Shown in pieces: positions 18,411 to 28,373 of a stretch of 32,000 nucleotides of DNA; position 1 is the first letter of the stretch, and each line of letters starts with the position of its first letter. The DNA is from Rhodobacter capsulatus SB 1003 (GTDB lineage Bacteria > Pseudomonadota > Alphaproteobacteria > Rhodobacterales > Rhodobacteraceae). The stretch spans positions 60,001 to 92,000 of the forward strand of contig NC_014034.1 in assembly GCF_000021865.1 (NCBI RefSeq), in the 5' to 3' direction. The position numbers were made by a program, and so were the translations under genes. The notes under the pieces were generated by a model. That model had not been told where the DNA came from. It saw only the letters and a list, made by a program, of their open reading frames with translations, and made no database searches.

Positions 18411-19003
18411 AAGGCCCGTTCCGTCTCGGTCTGACCGGCTCGATCGGCATGGGAAAATCGACGACGGCGCGGCTTTTCGCCGAAGAAGGCATTCCGGTCT
18501 GGGATGCCGACGCCACCGTGCATGCGCTTTACGCCAAGGGCGGCGCCGCGGTCGCGCCCCTGTCCGCGATCTTCCCCGACGCGATCCGCGATGGCGCGGT
18601 GGATCGCGACCGACTGAAGACCCTGCTGCAAGCCGACAAACAGGCTCTGTTCCGGCTGGAATCGGTGGTTCACCCGCTGGTGCAGGCCGCGCGGCAGGCC
18701 TTCTTGCTGGCGCATGAAACGGCGGATCTGATCCTTCTCGACATTCCGCTGCTTTATGAAACCGGCGCCGACAGGGATTGCGACGCCGTGCTTGTCGTCA
18801 CCGCCGCGCCCGATGTGCAACGCGCCCGCGTCCTTGCCCGCGGCCAGATGACCGAAACCCAGCTGGAGATGATCCTGGCCCGCCAGCTGCCCGACGCGGA
18901 AAAGCGCCGTCGCGCCGATCATGTGATCGAGACCTTGACCCTTGAACAGACCCGCGCCGAAGTGCGAAAGCTGATCGCAACCCTGCGGAGCCGCCATGCG
19001 TGA
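18407..19003 (+). CDS. coaE: dephospho-CoA kinase
   Basis: 198-aa ORF with an ATGA overlap with aroE and the P-loop [14 protein letters not shown]. Confidence 0.94.
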   Translation: MKGPFRLGLTGSIGMGKSTTARLFAEEGIPVWDADATVHALYAKGGAAVAPLSAIFPDAIRDGAVDRDRLKTLLQADKQALFRLESVVHPLVQAARQAFLLAHETADLILLDIPLLYETGADRDCDAVLVVTAAPDVQRARVLARGQMTETQLEMILARQLPDAEKRRRADHVIETLTLEQTRAEVRKLIATLRSRHA

Positions 19004-19691
19004 GATCGTCCTTGATACCGAAACCACCGGATTTGAACCCTCCGAAGGGCATCGCATCGTCGAAATCGGCGCCGTCGAGCTGATGAACCACGTCCCCACC
19101 GGGCGGACCTATCATCAATACATCAACCCCGAACGCGCGATGCCGCAGGAAGCCTTTGCCGTGCACGGGCTTGGCGATGATTTTCTGCGCGACAAGCCGA
19201 AATTCGGGGCAATCGCCCAGGATTTCCTCGATTTCATCGGCGATGACTCGAAGCTGGTGATCCACAACGCCGCCTTTGACATGAAATTCCTGAATGCCGA
19301 ACTGGGCTGGGTGCAAAAACCGCTGCTCCCCATGGATCGGGCGCTGGATACGCTGGCGATGGCGCGGCGAAAATTTCCCGGCTCGCCCGCGACGCTCGAT
19401 GCGCTGTGCCGTCGTTTCGGCATCGACAATTCGGCCCGGACCCTGCACGGCGCCCTGCTCGATTCCGAGATTCTGGCCGAAGTCTATCTGGAACTGATCG
19501 GCGGCAGGCAGCCCGGTTTCGGGCTGAATATCGACCCTGTTCAGGCCAAATCCGCGGTTTCCAGCACCGAATGGCGGCCCCGCCCGCGTCCGGTTCCCCT
19601 GCCCCCGCGCCTCACCGAGGCCGAGGCCGAAGCCCATGCCGCCTTTGTCGCGAAACTGGGCGAGGGTGCGATCTGGAAGCGGCGCAGCTGA
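18996..19691 (+). CDS. dnaQ: DNA polymerase III epsilon subunit (3'-5' proofreading exonuclease)
   Basis: 231-aa ORF that overlaps the coaE end by 8 nt. Exo motifs are [11 protein letters not shown], ..[12 protein letters not shown].. and [14 protein letters not shown]. Confidence 0.95.
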   Translation: MREIVLDTETTGFEPSEGHRIVEIGAVELMNHVPTGRTYHQYINPERAMPQEAFAVHGLGDDFLRDKPKFGAIAQDFLDFIGDDSKLVIHNAAFDMKFLNAELGWVQKPLLPMDRALDTLAMARRKFPGSPATLDALCRRFGIDNSARTLHGALLDSEILAEVYLELIGGRQPGFGLNIDPVQAKSAVSSTEWRPRPRPVPLPPRLTEAEAEAHAAFVAKLGEGAIWKRRS

Positions 19692-19766
19692 CACATAAAT
19701 TTCACAAAACGCAGCCTTGCGGCAATTTTCCCATTCCATCCCCGCCCCGCAGCCATTAGATGCATC

Positions 19767-19795
19767 GCGTTCGCAGTTTAGGGCGTTCGCAGTTT
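19767..19795 (+). repeat. tandem direct repeat GCGTTCGCAGTTT x2 (16-bp period) upstream of nadA
   Basis: Exact 13-mers at 19767..19779 and 19783..19795, separated by AGG. The pair is preceded by the 8-bp palindrome GATGCATC (19759..19766) and ends 14 nt before the nadA ATG. Confidence 0.6.
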
Positions 19796-19809
19796 TGGGG
19801 AGGGAGCCC

Positions 19810-20862
19810 ATGCTGGACTTCGCTACGATGCGCGCTTCTCTGGCCGAGGCCTATGATCTGGCGCCCTCGCTGACGCTGGCCGAGGAGATGGCCGAGGTTC
19901 ACGCCCGCATGGGGCGGGTGATCCCCCTGCCCGATTTCGCCCGCCACGCGCCCTATATCCGCGCGATCAACCGGCTCAAGCGCGAAAAGAACGCGGTGAT
20001 CCTGGCGCATAACTACATGACGCCGGAGATTTACCATGGCGTTGCCGATGTCGTGGGTGACAGCCTGCAGCTGGCGATCGAGGCGACCAAGGTCGAGGCC
20101 GAGACGATCGTGCAATGCGGCGTGCATTTCATGGCGGAAACGTCAAAGATCCTGAACCCGGCCAAGCGCGTCCTGATCCCGGATGCGCAGGCGGGCTGTT
20201 CGCTGGCCGAAAGCATCACGCCCGAGGGGATCGCGCAGATGCGGGCGCAATATCCCGGGGCGCCGGTGGTCAGCTATGTCAACACCACGGCGGCGGTCAA
20301 GGCAGCCTCGGACATCTGCTGCACCTCGGCCAATGCGGCGCAGATCGTCGCAGCCCTGCCCGAACCCACGATCATCATGACGCCCGACCAGTATCTGGCG
20401 CAGAATGTGGCGAAAGCCGTGCCGCAGAAAAACGTCGTCTGGTGGGCGGGCTCCTGCATCGTGCATGAACAATACACGCCGCAAGATCTGCGCGATTTCC
20501 GCAGCTATCACCCCGGCACGAAGATCATCGCCCATCCGGAATGCCCCCCCGATGTGGTGGCCGAGGCGGATTTCTCCGGCTCGACCGCGGGGATGATCGA
20601 TTTCGTCACGCGCGAAAAACCGGCGCAGGTGATGCTGGTCACCGAATGTTCGATGGCCTCGAACATCGCCGATGCCCTGCCCTCGGTCGAATTTCTGGGG
20701 CCCTGCAACATGTGCCCCTACATGAAGATGATCACGCTGGAAAAGATCCTGTGGTCGCTGCATGCGGGCACCGAAGAGGTCACCGTGGATCCCGCCATCG
20801 CGGGCAAGGCGCGTTTGGCGGTCGAGCGCATGATCGACCTGTCGCGAAAGCTGGCCCGGTGA
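19810..20862 (+). CDS. nadA: quinolinate synthase NadA
   Basis: ORF 19717..20862 trimmed to the ATG at 19810 (GGGGAGGGAG RBS upstream), giving 350 aa. Sequence features: ..AVILAHNYM.., ..VHFMAETSKIL... Confidence 0.93.
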   Translation: MLDFATMRASLAEAYDLAPSLTLAEEMAEVHARMGRVIPLPDFARHAPYIRAINRLKREKNAVILAHNYMTPEIYHGVADVVGDSLQLAIEATKVEAETIVQCGVHFMAETSKILNPAKRVLIPDAQAGCSLAESITPEGIAQMRAQYPGAPVVSYVNTTAAVKAASDICCTSANAAQIVAALPEPTIIMTPDQYLAQNVAKAVPQKNVVWWAGSCIVHEQYTPQDLRDFRSYHPGTKIIAHPECPPDVVAEADFSGSTAGMIDFVTREKPAQVMLVTECSMASNIADALPSVEFLGPCNMCPYMKMITLEKILWSLHAGTEEVTVDPAIAGKARLAVERMIDLSRKLAR

Positions 20863-22421
20863 CCGAGTCCGTGATCGAGACGCCGCGCGTCGTCATTGTC
20901 GGCGCGGGGCTGGGGGCGCTTTACGCGGCGCTGAAACTGGCGCCGCATCCGGTTCTGGTGATCTCGCCCGAAACCTTGGGCGAAGGCGCTTCCTCGGCCT
21001 GGGCGCAGGGCGGTGTGGCTGCCGCGATGGCGCCGCCCGACAGCGCCGAGGATCACGCGAAGGACACCGAAACCGCGGGCGCGGGCACGGTCGATGCGGC
21101 CATCGCCCGGCTGGTGACACAGGAAGCCCGGGACCGCATTCTTGACCTGACCGCGCTTGGGGCGCCTTTCGACCGCGATGCGCAGGGCGATTACGTGATG
21201 TCGCGCGAGGCCGCCCATTCCCGCCCCCGTGTCGTGCGGGTCAAGGGCGATCAGGCGGGCTACGAGATCATGCAGACGCTGATTTCCGCCGTGCGGGCCT
21301 GCCCCTCCGTTCAGGTGATCGAGGGCGTGATCGCGACGCGGCTCGAGGTCGAAAACGGTGCTGTCACCGGGCTTTGGGTCGAATCCGCCGCCGCCTCGAC
21401 CGGCCGTGTGCTGATCCGAACCCCTGCGGTGCTGCTGGCGGGCGGCGGCTCGGGCGGGCTTTTTGCCGTCACGACGAACCCGCCGCGCATCCGCGGTCAG
21501 GTCATCGGCATGGCCGCCCGGGCGGGCGCGCAGATCGCCGATGCGGAATTCGTGCAATTCCACCCGACGGCGATTGCGACGGGCGAAGACCCGGCCCCCT
21601 TGGCGACCGAGGCCCTGCGCGGTGAAGGCGCCGTTCTGCTCAATGACCGGGGTGAACGCTTCATGCGGGCGATCCATCCCGATGCCGAACTGGCGCCGCG
21701 CGACATCGTTGCCCGCGCCGTCTATCTGGAACGACAGGCGGGGCGGAACCCGGTTCTGGATACGCGCCAAGTGCTGGGGGCCGAGCTGCCGAAACGCTTT
21801 CCCGCCGTGGCCGAAGCCTGCTTTTCAGCTGGAATAGACCCTGTTTCGCAGCCGATCCCGGTGGCCGCCGCCGCGCATTATCACATGGGCGGGATTGCGG
21901 TCGATGACCGCGGCCGATCCTCGCTGAACCGGCTCTGGGTCTGCGGCGAGGCCTCTTCGACCGGGCTGCATGGGGCCAACCGGCTGGCCTCGAACGGGCT
22001 TCTGGAAGCCCTCGTCTTTGCCCGCATCTGTGCCGAGGGCATTGCCGAAACGGTCCCCGTGACACCGGCCGAGAGCGTTGCCCTGTCCTTCCCCGCGGGC
22101 GGTGCCCCGGTGGACGAGGTCGCCGTGGCCCGGCTGCGGCAGGCGATGACCGATGGCGTCGGGGTTGTCCGCGACGCCGCGGGGCTGAAAGCCGCCCTGC
22201 GCACGCTTGCGGAAATCGAGGCCAAGGCCGAGCGCGAGGCGCTGCGTAACATGACCGCCACCGCGACGCTGATTGCCGCCGCGGCGCTGATCCGCACCGA
22301 AAGCCGGGGCGGTCATTACCGCTCCGATTACCCGAAAACAGACCCTGTTCAGGCCAAACGCAGCTTTCTGACCCTGACCGAAGCGCTGGCCATCCGGTCC
22401 CGCGCGCTGGAGGAAGAATGA
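20859..22421 (+). CDS. nadB: L-aspartate oxidase NadB
   Basis: ORF 20541..22421 trimmed to the GTG at 20859 (GTGA overlap with the nadA stop). The N-terminus VTESVIETPRVVIVGAGLGALYAAL is an FAD dinucleotide fold. Also present: ..RGEGAVL.. and ..ESRGGHYRSDYP... Confidence 0.92.
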   Translation: MTESVIETPRVVIVGAGLGALYAALKLAPHPVLVISPETLGEGASSAWAQGGVAAAMAPPDSAEDHAKDTETAGAGTVDAAIARLVTQEARDRILDLTALGAPFDRDAQGDYVMSREAAHSRPRVVRVKGDQAGYEIMQTLISAVRACPSVQVIEGVIATRLEVENGAVTGLWVESAAASTGRVLIRTPAVLLAGGGSGGLFAVTTNPPRIRGQVIGMAARAGAQIADAEFVQFHPTAIATGEDPAPLATEALRGEGAVLLNDRGERFMRAIHPDAELAPRDIVARAVYLERQAGRNPVLDTRQVLGAELPKRFPAVAEACFSAGIDPVSQPIPVAAAAHYHMGGIAVDDRGRSSLNRLWVCGEASSTGLHGANRLASNGLLEALVFARICAEGIAETVPVTPAESVALSFPAGGAPVDEVAVARLRQAMTDGVGVVRDAAGLKAALRTLAEIEAKAEREALRNMTATATLIAAAALIRTESRGGHYRSDYPKTDPVQAKRSFLTLTEALAIRSRALEEE

Positions 22422-23260
22422 CCAACCTGCCCGATTTCCTGCTCGAACCCGTGATCCGCGCCGCGCTGATGGAAGATCTTTCGCCGATGGGCGATGTCAC
22501 CACCCGCGCCGTTGTCCCCGCCACGACGCGGTATGAGGCCCGGGTGAACGCCCGCGAGGAAGGGGTGGTTTCGGGCATGCAGGTCGCCGCCCTTGCCTTT
22601 CGCCTGGTCGATCCGGCGCTGGCCGTCACGACCCATGTCGCCGATGGCCATCCCTGCGGCAAGGGCCAATGCCTGATGACGATTTCGGGCTCGGCGGCGT
22701 CCATCCTGATGGGGGAACGGGTTGCGCTCAACTTTGCCGGCCGGATGACCGGCATTGCCAGCCTGACCGCCAGTTTCGTCGCACAAACCCGCGGCACCAA
22801 GACCCGCATCACCTGCACGCGGAAAACCACCCCCGGCCTGCGCCTGATCGAGAAAACCGCGGTCGCCCATGGCGGCGGCTCGAACCACCGCTTCGGCCTG
22901 TCGGATGCGATCCTGATCAAGGACAATCACATCGCCGCCGCGGGGGGCATCCGCGCCGTGCTGGAGGCCGCGAAAGCCGCCCGCAGCCACATGATGCGCG
23001 TCGAGCTGGAGGTCGACAGCCTTGATCAGCTGGAACAGGCGCTCTCGATCGGCGGCGCCGACGTGATCTTGCTCGACAACATGGACACGCCGACCCTGCG
23101 CGCGGCGGTGGCGCTGACCAAGGGCCGCGTCGTGCTGGAAGCCTCGGGCAACATGCGGCTGGACCGCATCGCCGAAGTCGCCGCGACCGGAGTCGATTAC
23201 ATCTCCTCGGGCGCGCTGACCCATTCGGCGCGCACCTTCGATCTTGGCCTCGATTTCTGA
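22418..23260 (+). CDS. nadC: nicotinate-nucleotide diphosphorylase (quinolinate phosphoribosyltransferase) NadC
   Basis: 280-aa ORF with an ATGA overlap with nadB. Sequence features: ..RKTTPGLRLIEKTAVAHGGGSNHRFGLSDAILIKDNH... Confidence 0.94.
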   Translation: MTNLPDFLLEPVIRAALMEDLSPMGDVTTRAVVPATTRYEARVNAREEGVVSGMQVAALAFRLVDPALAVTTHVADGHPCGKGQCLMTISGSAASILMGERVALNFAGRMTGIASLTASFVAQTRGTKTRITCTRKTTPGLRLIEKTAVAHGGGSNHRFGLSDAILIKDNHIAAAGGIRAVLEAAKAARSHMMRVELEVDSLDQLEQALSIGGADVILLDNMDTPTLRAAVALTKGRVVLEASGNMRLDRIAEVAATGVDYISSGALTHSARTFDLGLDF

Positions 23261-23269
23261 CGGCTCAGA

Positions 23270-23758
23270 TCATTTCTTCAGGTGTTCGGCGAAACTGTCG
23301 AACACCTGCTCATAGACGGCGCGCTTGAAGGGCACGATCTTTTCCACCAGTTCCGCCGGTTCCATCCAGCGCCAGACCGAAAATTCCGGGTGCTCGGTGG
23401 CGATATTCACATCGCTGTCCTGGCCGAGAAAGCGGAACAGGAACCATTTCTGCTTTTGGCCGCGATATTTCCCGCCCCAGATATTGCCGATCAGCTCTTC
23501 GGGAAGGTCATAGACCAGCCAATCCTCGGTCTTGGCGAGTTTCTCGACCAGATCCGGCCGGACCCCGGTTTCCTCCTGCAACTCGCGCAGCGCGGCTTCC
23601 TTCGGCCGTTCGCCCGCATCGATGCCCCCTTGCGGCATCTGCCAGGCATGGCCCGGATTGTCGATGCGCTGACCGGCAAAGATCAGACCTTCGGCATTGA
23701 TCAGCACAAGGCCGACATTCTTGCGATAGGGCAGCGCGGCAAGCTCTTCGGGGGTCAT
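23270..23758 (-). CDS. rppH: RNA pyrophosphohydrolase RppH (Nudix)
   Basis: ORF 23270..23776 starts at a TTG. The ATG at 23758 ([16 protein letters not shown]..) has GAGGA 5 nt upstream and is preferred. The Nudix box is [22 protein letters not shown]. Confidence 0.9.
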   Translation of the reverse strand: MTPEELAALPYRKNVGLVLINAEGLIFAGQRIDNPGHAWQMPQGGIDAGERPKEAALRELQEETGVRPDLVEKLAKTEDWLVYDLPEELIGNIWGGKYRGQKQKWFLFRFLGQDSDVNIATEHPEFSVWRWMEPAELVEKIVPFKRAVYEQVFDSFAEHLKK

Positions 23759-23776
23759 CTTGTCCTCATGTGGCAA

Positions 23777-23794
23777 GGGGGCCTTTCGGCCCCC
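23777..23794 (-). other. GC hairpin between ctpA and rppH (GGGGGCC-GAAA-GGCCCCC on the transcribed strand)
   Basis: Perfect 7-bp stem with a GNRA-type GAAA loop on the minus-strand RNA. No U-tract follows, so it is not a classical terminator. Confidence 0.3.
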
Positions 23795-23803
23795 GGTCCA
23801 GGA

Positions 23804-25168
23804 TTACGGCTTCGCGGCGGCTTTCGGCTCATCGACCGGCACCAGCGTCTGACCGGCGACCGCCAGCCCCTTGATGATGTCGATCCCGTAGGCCAGCTGG
23901 AAATCCTCCAGCCGCAGCTTTGCGGCCTCCTCGGCCTTGGCGCGTTCATCCTCGGCCTGCTTCTTCTCGTCCTCGGTCATCGAGTCGTTCGACAGCACGC
24001 CGCGCAGATCGGCTTCGGACCGGGTTTCCGGGGTGTCCTCGGCCTTGTCGGTCTCGGGTGCGGCGGGCGGTTGCGGCACGACGATGTCGGGGGCAATCCC
24101 CAAAGCCTGGATCGACCGCCCCGAGGGCGTATAATAGCGCGAGGTGGTCAGCCGCATCGCGCCGTCATTTTGCACCGGAATGACCGTCTGCACCGAGCCC
24201 TTGCCGAAGCTTTTCGTCCCCACGACGATGGCGCGGTGATGATCCTGCAACGCCCCGGTGACGATTTCCGAAGCCGAGGCAGAGCCGCCGTTGATCAGAA
24301 CGACAATCGGCTTGCCCTGCGCCAGATCGCCCGGCGTGGCGTTGAACCGCTCGCTTTCCTCGGGCTTGCGGCCGCGGGTGGAGACGATCTCGCCCTTGTC
24401 GAGGAAGGCATCCGACACCGCGATCGCCTGCGTCAAAAGCCCGCCCGGGTTGTTGCGCAGATCCAGGATCACCCCGTTCAGCTTGTCGATGCCGCCCGCT
24501 TCCTCGGCGACCTTCTTCAGGCTTTCCTGCAGGTTCGGGAAGGTCTGGTCGTTGAAGGTGGTGATGCGCAGGATCGCCGTATTGGCCTCCAGCCGCCCCT
24601 TGACCGCGGTCAGCTTGATCGTGTCACGGGTCAGCGTCACGTCAAAGGGCTCGGTCTTGCCTTCGCGCACGATCTTCAGCGTCACCTCGCTGCCGACCGG
24701 GCCGCGCATCTTGTCCACCGCATCATCCAGCGTCAGCCCCATCAGGCTTTCGCCGTTCACATGGGTGATGAAATCGCCCGACAGGATCCCCGCCGCCGAG
24801 GCCGGGGTGCCGTCCATCGGCGAGACCACCTTGACCGCGCCATTTTCCATCGTCACTTCGATGCCCAGACCGCCGAAAGAGCCGCGCGTCTGCACCTTCA
24901 TGTCGTCATATTCGTCGGCGGGCATGTAGCTCGAATGCGGATCCAGCGAGGACAGCATCCCGTTGATCGCCGCCTCGATCAGCTTCTTGTCGTCGACCTG
25001 TTCGACGTAATCGCCGCGGATGCGCCGGAACACGTCGCCAAACAGGTCCAGCTCCTGATAGACCGAGGCCGGTTTCGACGCCTCCTCCGCCAGCAGCGGC
25101 GCCACCTGCACCGAGAGCAGCGTCCCGGCGATTGTTCCGCCCAGTGCGGCAATGACGAATTTCTTCAT
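23804..25168 (-). CDS. ctpA: carboxy-terminal processing protease (S41 family, PDZ domain)
   Basis: ORF 23804..25207 trimmed to the ATG at 25168 (MKKFVIAALGGTIAGTLLSVQVAPLLA, signal/anchor), giving 454 aa. Sequence features: ..LDLRNNPGGLL.. and ..VLINGGSASASEI... Confidence 0.93.
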   Translation of the reverse strand: MKKFVIAALGGTIAGTLLSVQVAPLLAEEASKPASVYQELDLFGDVFRRIRGDYVEQVDDKKLIEAAINGMLSSLDPHSSYMPADEYDDMKVQTRGSFGGLGIEVTMENGAVKVVSPMDGTPASAAGILSGDFITHVNGESLMGLTLDDAVDKMRGPVGSEVTLKIVREGKTEPFDVTLTRDTIKLTAVKGRLEANTAILRITTFNDQTFPNLQESLKKVAEEAGGIDKLNGVILDLRNNPGGLLTQAIAVSDAFLDKGEIVSTRGRKPEESERFNATPGDLAQGKPIVVLINGGSASASEIVTGALQDHHRAIVVGTKSFGKGSVQTVIPVQNDGAMRLTTSRYYTPSGRSIQALGIAPDIVVPQPPAAPETDKAEDTPETRSEADLRGVLSNDSMTEDEKKQAEDERAKAEEAAKLRLEDFQLAYGIDIIKGLAVAGQTLVPVDEPKAAAKP

Positions 25169-25170
25169 TT

Positions 25171-26316
25171 TCAGCCCTTGTTCTGGTCTTTCGTCGGGGT
25201 GAACCATGGCGCGGGGTCCACGGGCTTCTTGCCCTTCCTCAACTCGATATAAAGCGTCTCCGAGCGCGTGGCGCCACTCCCCATCTGCGCGTTCTTCAGG
25301 AAATCCTCGCCGAATTCCTGTGCCCCGGGTTCGCGCCCGCCCATCAGCCCGACCGGGGCCCCCGCGGCCAGCACGTCGCCGGTCTCACCATAGACACTGC
25401 CAAGCCCCGCCAGAACAAGAAGATAGCCTTCCGCCGGTTCCAGGATCATCACATTTCCGTAGTCGAGAAGCGGGCCGCGATAGCGGATCGTGGCGGGCCA
25501 GGGCGTCGTCACCAGGGCCGCGGGCGCCGTCGCCACCACCAGCCCCGGACGGCGGATGCCCGCCGCATCGGCCTCGTCGAACTTGCGCAGCACCGTGCCC
25601 AGAACCGGCATCGGCAAGCTGCCCTTGGCGCCTGCGAAATCTTCGAGCGGCGGGCCGATATCGCCTTCAAGATCGGCCAGACCCGAGGCGAACCCCTCCA
25701 GCGTATCGACGCTTTCGACCAGCTCGCGCAGCTCTTCGGGTTCCTCCAGATAGCGGCGCGGCAGTTTCGACCGATCCGCCACCGCCTTCGACAAAGCCGT
25801 CCGCGCCGCCTGCACCGAGGCCAGCCCGGTTTCCAGCACCTTCTGCGCATTGCCCTGCACCGCGCGCAGGTCTTCGATCTCGATCAGATCGGCGCGCATC
25901 CTTTCCGCCTCGGCCTGCAGCGCGGGCGTCACCGCGCCCAGCATCATTCCCGACCGCGCCGTGCCCAAGGGCCCCGAGGGATGCAGCAGCAGCAGCGGCC
26001 CCTCGGTGCCGCTCATCGTGCTCATCACGCCCAGCAACCGACCGATATCTTCGCGTTTCGCCTCGAATTTCGCGCGGATCTCGGCCTCGCGCACAGCGGC
26101 ACGGCGCAGCCCGTCGCGCAGCGCGCCCAGGCCCTTTTCATAGGCCGAGATCGTCCGCGTCAGCGCCGCCACCCGGTCGGCCTTGGTCTGCGCCGCATCC
26201 AAAGCCTCGATCGAGGCGCGCAGATCCTCGGCGGCCTTTTGTGCCACGTCACCGGCAGGGCTGGCCAAGGCCGCCCCCGCCGAAAAAAGGAAGGCAAGGA
26301 CCGCCTGACGGATCAT
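25171..26316 (-). CDS. EnvC-like murein hydrolase activator / M23 (LytM) peptidase family protein
   Basis: ORF 25171..26514 trimmed to the ATG at 26316 (ATGA overlap with the gpmI stop; MIRQAVLAFLFSAGAALA, signal peptide). The product is 381 aa, with a long coiled-coil region followed by a LytM-type C-terminal domain. Confidence 0.85.
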   Translation of the reverse strand: MIRQAVLAFLFSAGAALASPAGDVAQKAAEDLRASIEALDAAQTKADRVAALTRTISAYEKGLGALRDGLRRAAVREAEIRAKFEAKREDIGRLLGVMSTMSGTEGPLLLLHPSGPLGTARSGMMLGAVTPALQAEAERMRADLIEIEDLRAVQGNAQKVLETGLASVQAARTALSKAVADRSKLPRRYLEEPEELRELVESVDTLEGFASGLADLEGDIGPPLEDFAGAKGSLPMPVLGTVLRKFDEADAAGIRRPGLVVATAPAALVTTPWPATIRYRGPLLDYGNVMILEPAEGYLLVLAGLGSVYGETGDVLAAGAPVGLMGGREPGAQEFGEDFLKNAQMGSGATRSETLYIELRKGKKPVDPAPWFTPTKDQNKG

Positions 26317-27833
26317 CTGTCGATCAGCGTCTTGCCGGTCATTTCCGGCGGCACGGGCAGCTGCATCAGATCCAGAAGCGTCGGCGCCAGATCCGAAAGC
26401 CGCCCCGGATGCAGCCGCACCCCGGCGGGGCCGCCGACCAGCGTCACCGGAACAAGGTTCGTCGTATGCGCGGTATGCGGCCCGCCCGTCACCGGGTCGA
26501 TCATGGTTTCGCAATTGCCGTGATCGGCAGTGATGATCATCGCCCCCCCGGCCTTTTCCAGCGCCGCCAGCACCCGGCCCAGATCGCGGTCGATCTCCTC
26601 GCAGGCCTTGATCGCGGCGGGAAGGCTGCCCGTGTGCCCGACCATGTCCGGGTTGGCATAGTTGACGATGATCAGGTCATAGCCCTTTTCGATCGCCTCG
26701 ACGAATTTGTCGGTGACCTCGGGCGCCGACATCTCGGGCTGCAGGTCATAGGTCGCCACTTTCGGCGATTTCGGCATGTAGCGATCTTCGCCCGCCCAGG
26801 GCGCTTCCTTGCCGCCATTCAGGAAGAAGGTCACATGCGGATATTTCTCGGTCTCGGCCAGATGGAACTGGGTCAGCCCCTGTTTCGACACCCATTCGCC
26901 CAAGGTGTTGACGATATCGCGCTTGGGGTAAGCGGCGGTCATGTAGGCGTTATGCGTGACCGAATATTCCACCATCCCCAGCATCGCTGACCAATGCGGC
27001 CGCGCCGAGACGTCGAATTCCGCAAAGCCCGGCTCGCCCAGCGTGCGCAGGATTTCCCGCGCCCGGTCGGCGCGGAAGTTCAGGCAGAAGAAGCCATCGT
27101 TGTCTGCCGTGCCGGTATAGCCCGCAATCACCGTCGGCTTGATGAATTCGTCCATCTCGCCTTTCGCGTAGCTTTGCGCGACGGCCTCGGCGGGCGTTGC
27201 GGCGCTGAACCCCTGCCCTTTCACCATCGCATCAAAGGCGGTGCCGACGCGTTCCCAGCGGTTGTCGCGGTCCATCGCCCAGTAGCGGCCGATCACGGTG
27301 GCAACGCTGCAGCCCGCGGGCAGACGCGCGCAAAGATCATCGACAAACCGCGCCGCGGAATCCGGGGCGACATCGCGGCCATCGGTGATCGCATGCAGCA
27401 CGACCGGAACCCCTGCCCCGGCAATCATCTTGCAGGCCGCCAGAACATGTTCGATATGGCCATGCACGCCGCCATCGGACACGACACCCATCAGATGCGC
27501 GCGACCGCCCGCGGCTTTCACTTTCTCAATGAATTCAAGGATCGGTGCGTTTTGGAAAAACGAGCCATCCTCGATCGCAAGGTCGATCTGGCCCAGATCC
27601 ATCGCCACGACGCGCCCGGCGCCGATGTTGGTGTGCCCCACTTCCGAATTGCCCATCTGCCCGCTGGGCAGGCCGACATCATTGCCATGGGTGATCAGCG
27701 TCGCTTTCGGGCAGGTCGCAAAGACCCGGTTCAGGTTCGGCGTATGGGCCAGTTTTGGCGCGTTGCCCTCGGTCTCGGCGCGCTCGCCCCAGCCATCGAG
27801 AATGCACAGAACAACGGGTTTCGGACGGGTCAT
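26313..27833 (-). CDS. gpmI: 2,3-bisphosphoglycerate-independent phosphoglycerate mutase
   Basis: ORF 26313..27887 trimmed to the ATG at 27833 (MTRPKPVVLCILDGWGE..), giving 506 aa. Sequence features: ..MGNSEVGHTNIGAGR.. and ..ITADHGNCE... Confidence 0.95.
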   Translation of the reverse strand: MTRPKPVVLCILDGWGERAETEGNAPKLAHTPNLNRVFATCPKATLITHGNDVGLPSGQMGNSEVGHTNIGAGRVVAMDLGQIDLAIEDGSFFQNAPILEFIEKVKAAGGRAHLMGVVSDGGVHGHIEHVLAACKMIAGAGVPVVLHAITDGRDVAPDSAARFVDDLCARLPAGCSVATVIGRYWAMDRDNRWERVGTAFDAMVKGQGFSAATPAEAVAQSYAKGEMDEFIKPTVIAGYTGTADNDGFFCLNFRADRAREILRTLGEPGFAEFDVSARPHWSAMLGMVEYSVTHNAYMTAAYPKRDIVNTLGEWVSKQGLTQFHLAETEKYPHVTFFLNGGKEAPWAGEDRYMPKSPKVATYDLQPEMSAPEVTDKFVEAIEKGYDLIIVNYANPDMVGHTGSLPAAIKACEEIDRDLGRVLAALEKAGGAMIITADHGNCETMIDPVTGGPHTAHTTNLVPVTLVGGPAGVRLHPGRLSDLAPTLLDLMQLPVPPEMTGKTLIDR

Positions 27834-27898
27834 CGGCGCCTCCTGACGAATTTGCCCCTTCCTACGCTGCCCCGGCCGAAACGGCAAGTTCGGCGGGA

Positions 27899-28366
27899 TC
27901 AGACGCGATGATAGGGCGTGCCCGCCAGAATCTGCCCGGCGCGGTAGAGCTGCTCGGCCAGCATCACCCGCACCAGCATATGCGGCCAGACCATCTTGCC
28001 GAAGGAGAGCGACCAGTCCGCCTTCGCCCGCAGCGCAGGCGCGATCCCGTCGGCGCCGCCGATGATGAACGTCACATCCCGCGCCGCATCGCGCCAGCCG
28101 CCCAGCCGCGTGGCAAAATCGGGCGAGGAGACCAGATCCCCCCGCTCGTCCAGCGTCACCAGCACCGATCCGGCGGGAATCGCACGTTCCAGAAGCGCCG
28201 CCTCGGCCTCCATGCCCAGATTGCGCTTGTCCTCGACCTCAAGGATCGTGGCCGGCCCAAGACCAAAGGACCGCCCGGCCTTGCCGAAGCGGTCCAGATA
28301 ATCGGTGATCAGATCCAGCTCGGGGCCCTTGCGCAGCTTGCCCACCGCGCAGATGCTGACCTTCAT
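27899..28366 (-). CDS. rlmH: 23S rRNA (pseudouridine1915-N3)-methyltransferase RlmH
   Basis: ORF 27899..28447 trimmed to the ATG at 28366 (MKVSICAVGKLRKGPE..), giving 155 aa with a SPOUT-family C-terminus (..WPHMLVRVMLAEQLYRA..PYHR). Confidence 0.92.
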   Translation of the reverse strand: MKVSICAVGKLRKGPELDLITDYLDRFGKAGRSFGLGPATILEVEDKRNLGMEAEAALLERAIPAGSVLVTLDERGDLVSSPDFATRLGGWRDAARDVTFIIGGADGIAPALRAKADWSLSFGKMVWPHMLVRVMLAEQLYRAGQILAGTPYHRV

Positions 28367-28373
28367 GCGCCGA

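Noticed and set aside
20718-26990. Long shadow ORFs at 20718..21770 (-), 21661..22926 (-), 22349..23224 (-), 23282..25252 (+) and 25206..26990 (+); also 26994..27911 (+), 27755..28720 (+), 29112..31247 (-) and 17508..18326 (-).
   Set aside because: They run antisense to nadB, nadC, rppH, ctpA, the envC-like gene, gpmI, rlmH, rsfS, leuCD and aroE. They have no recognisable domains and an extreme Arg/Gly/Pro bias.
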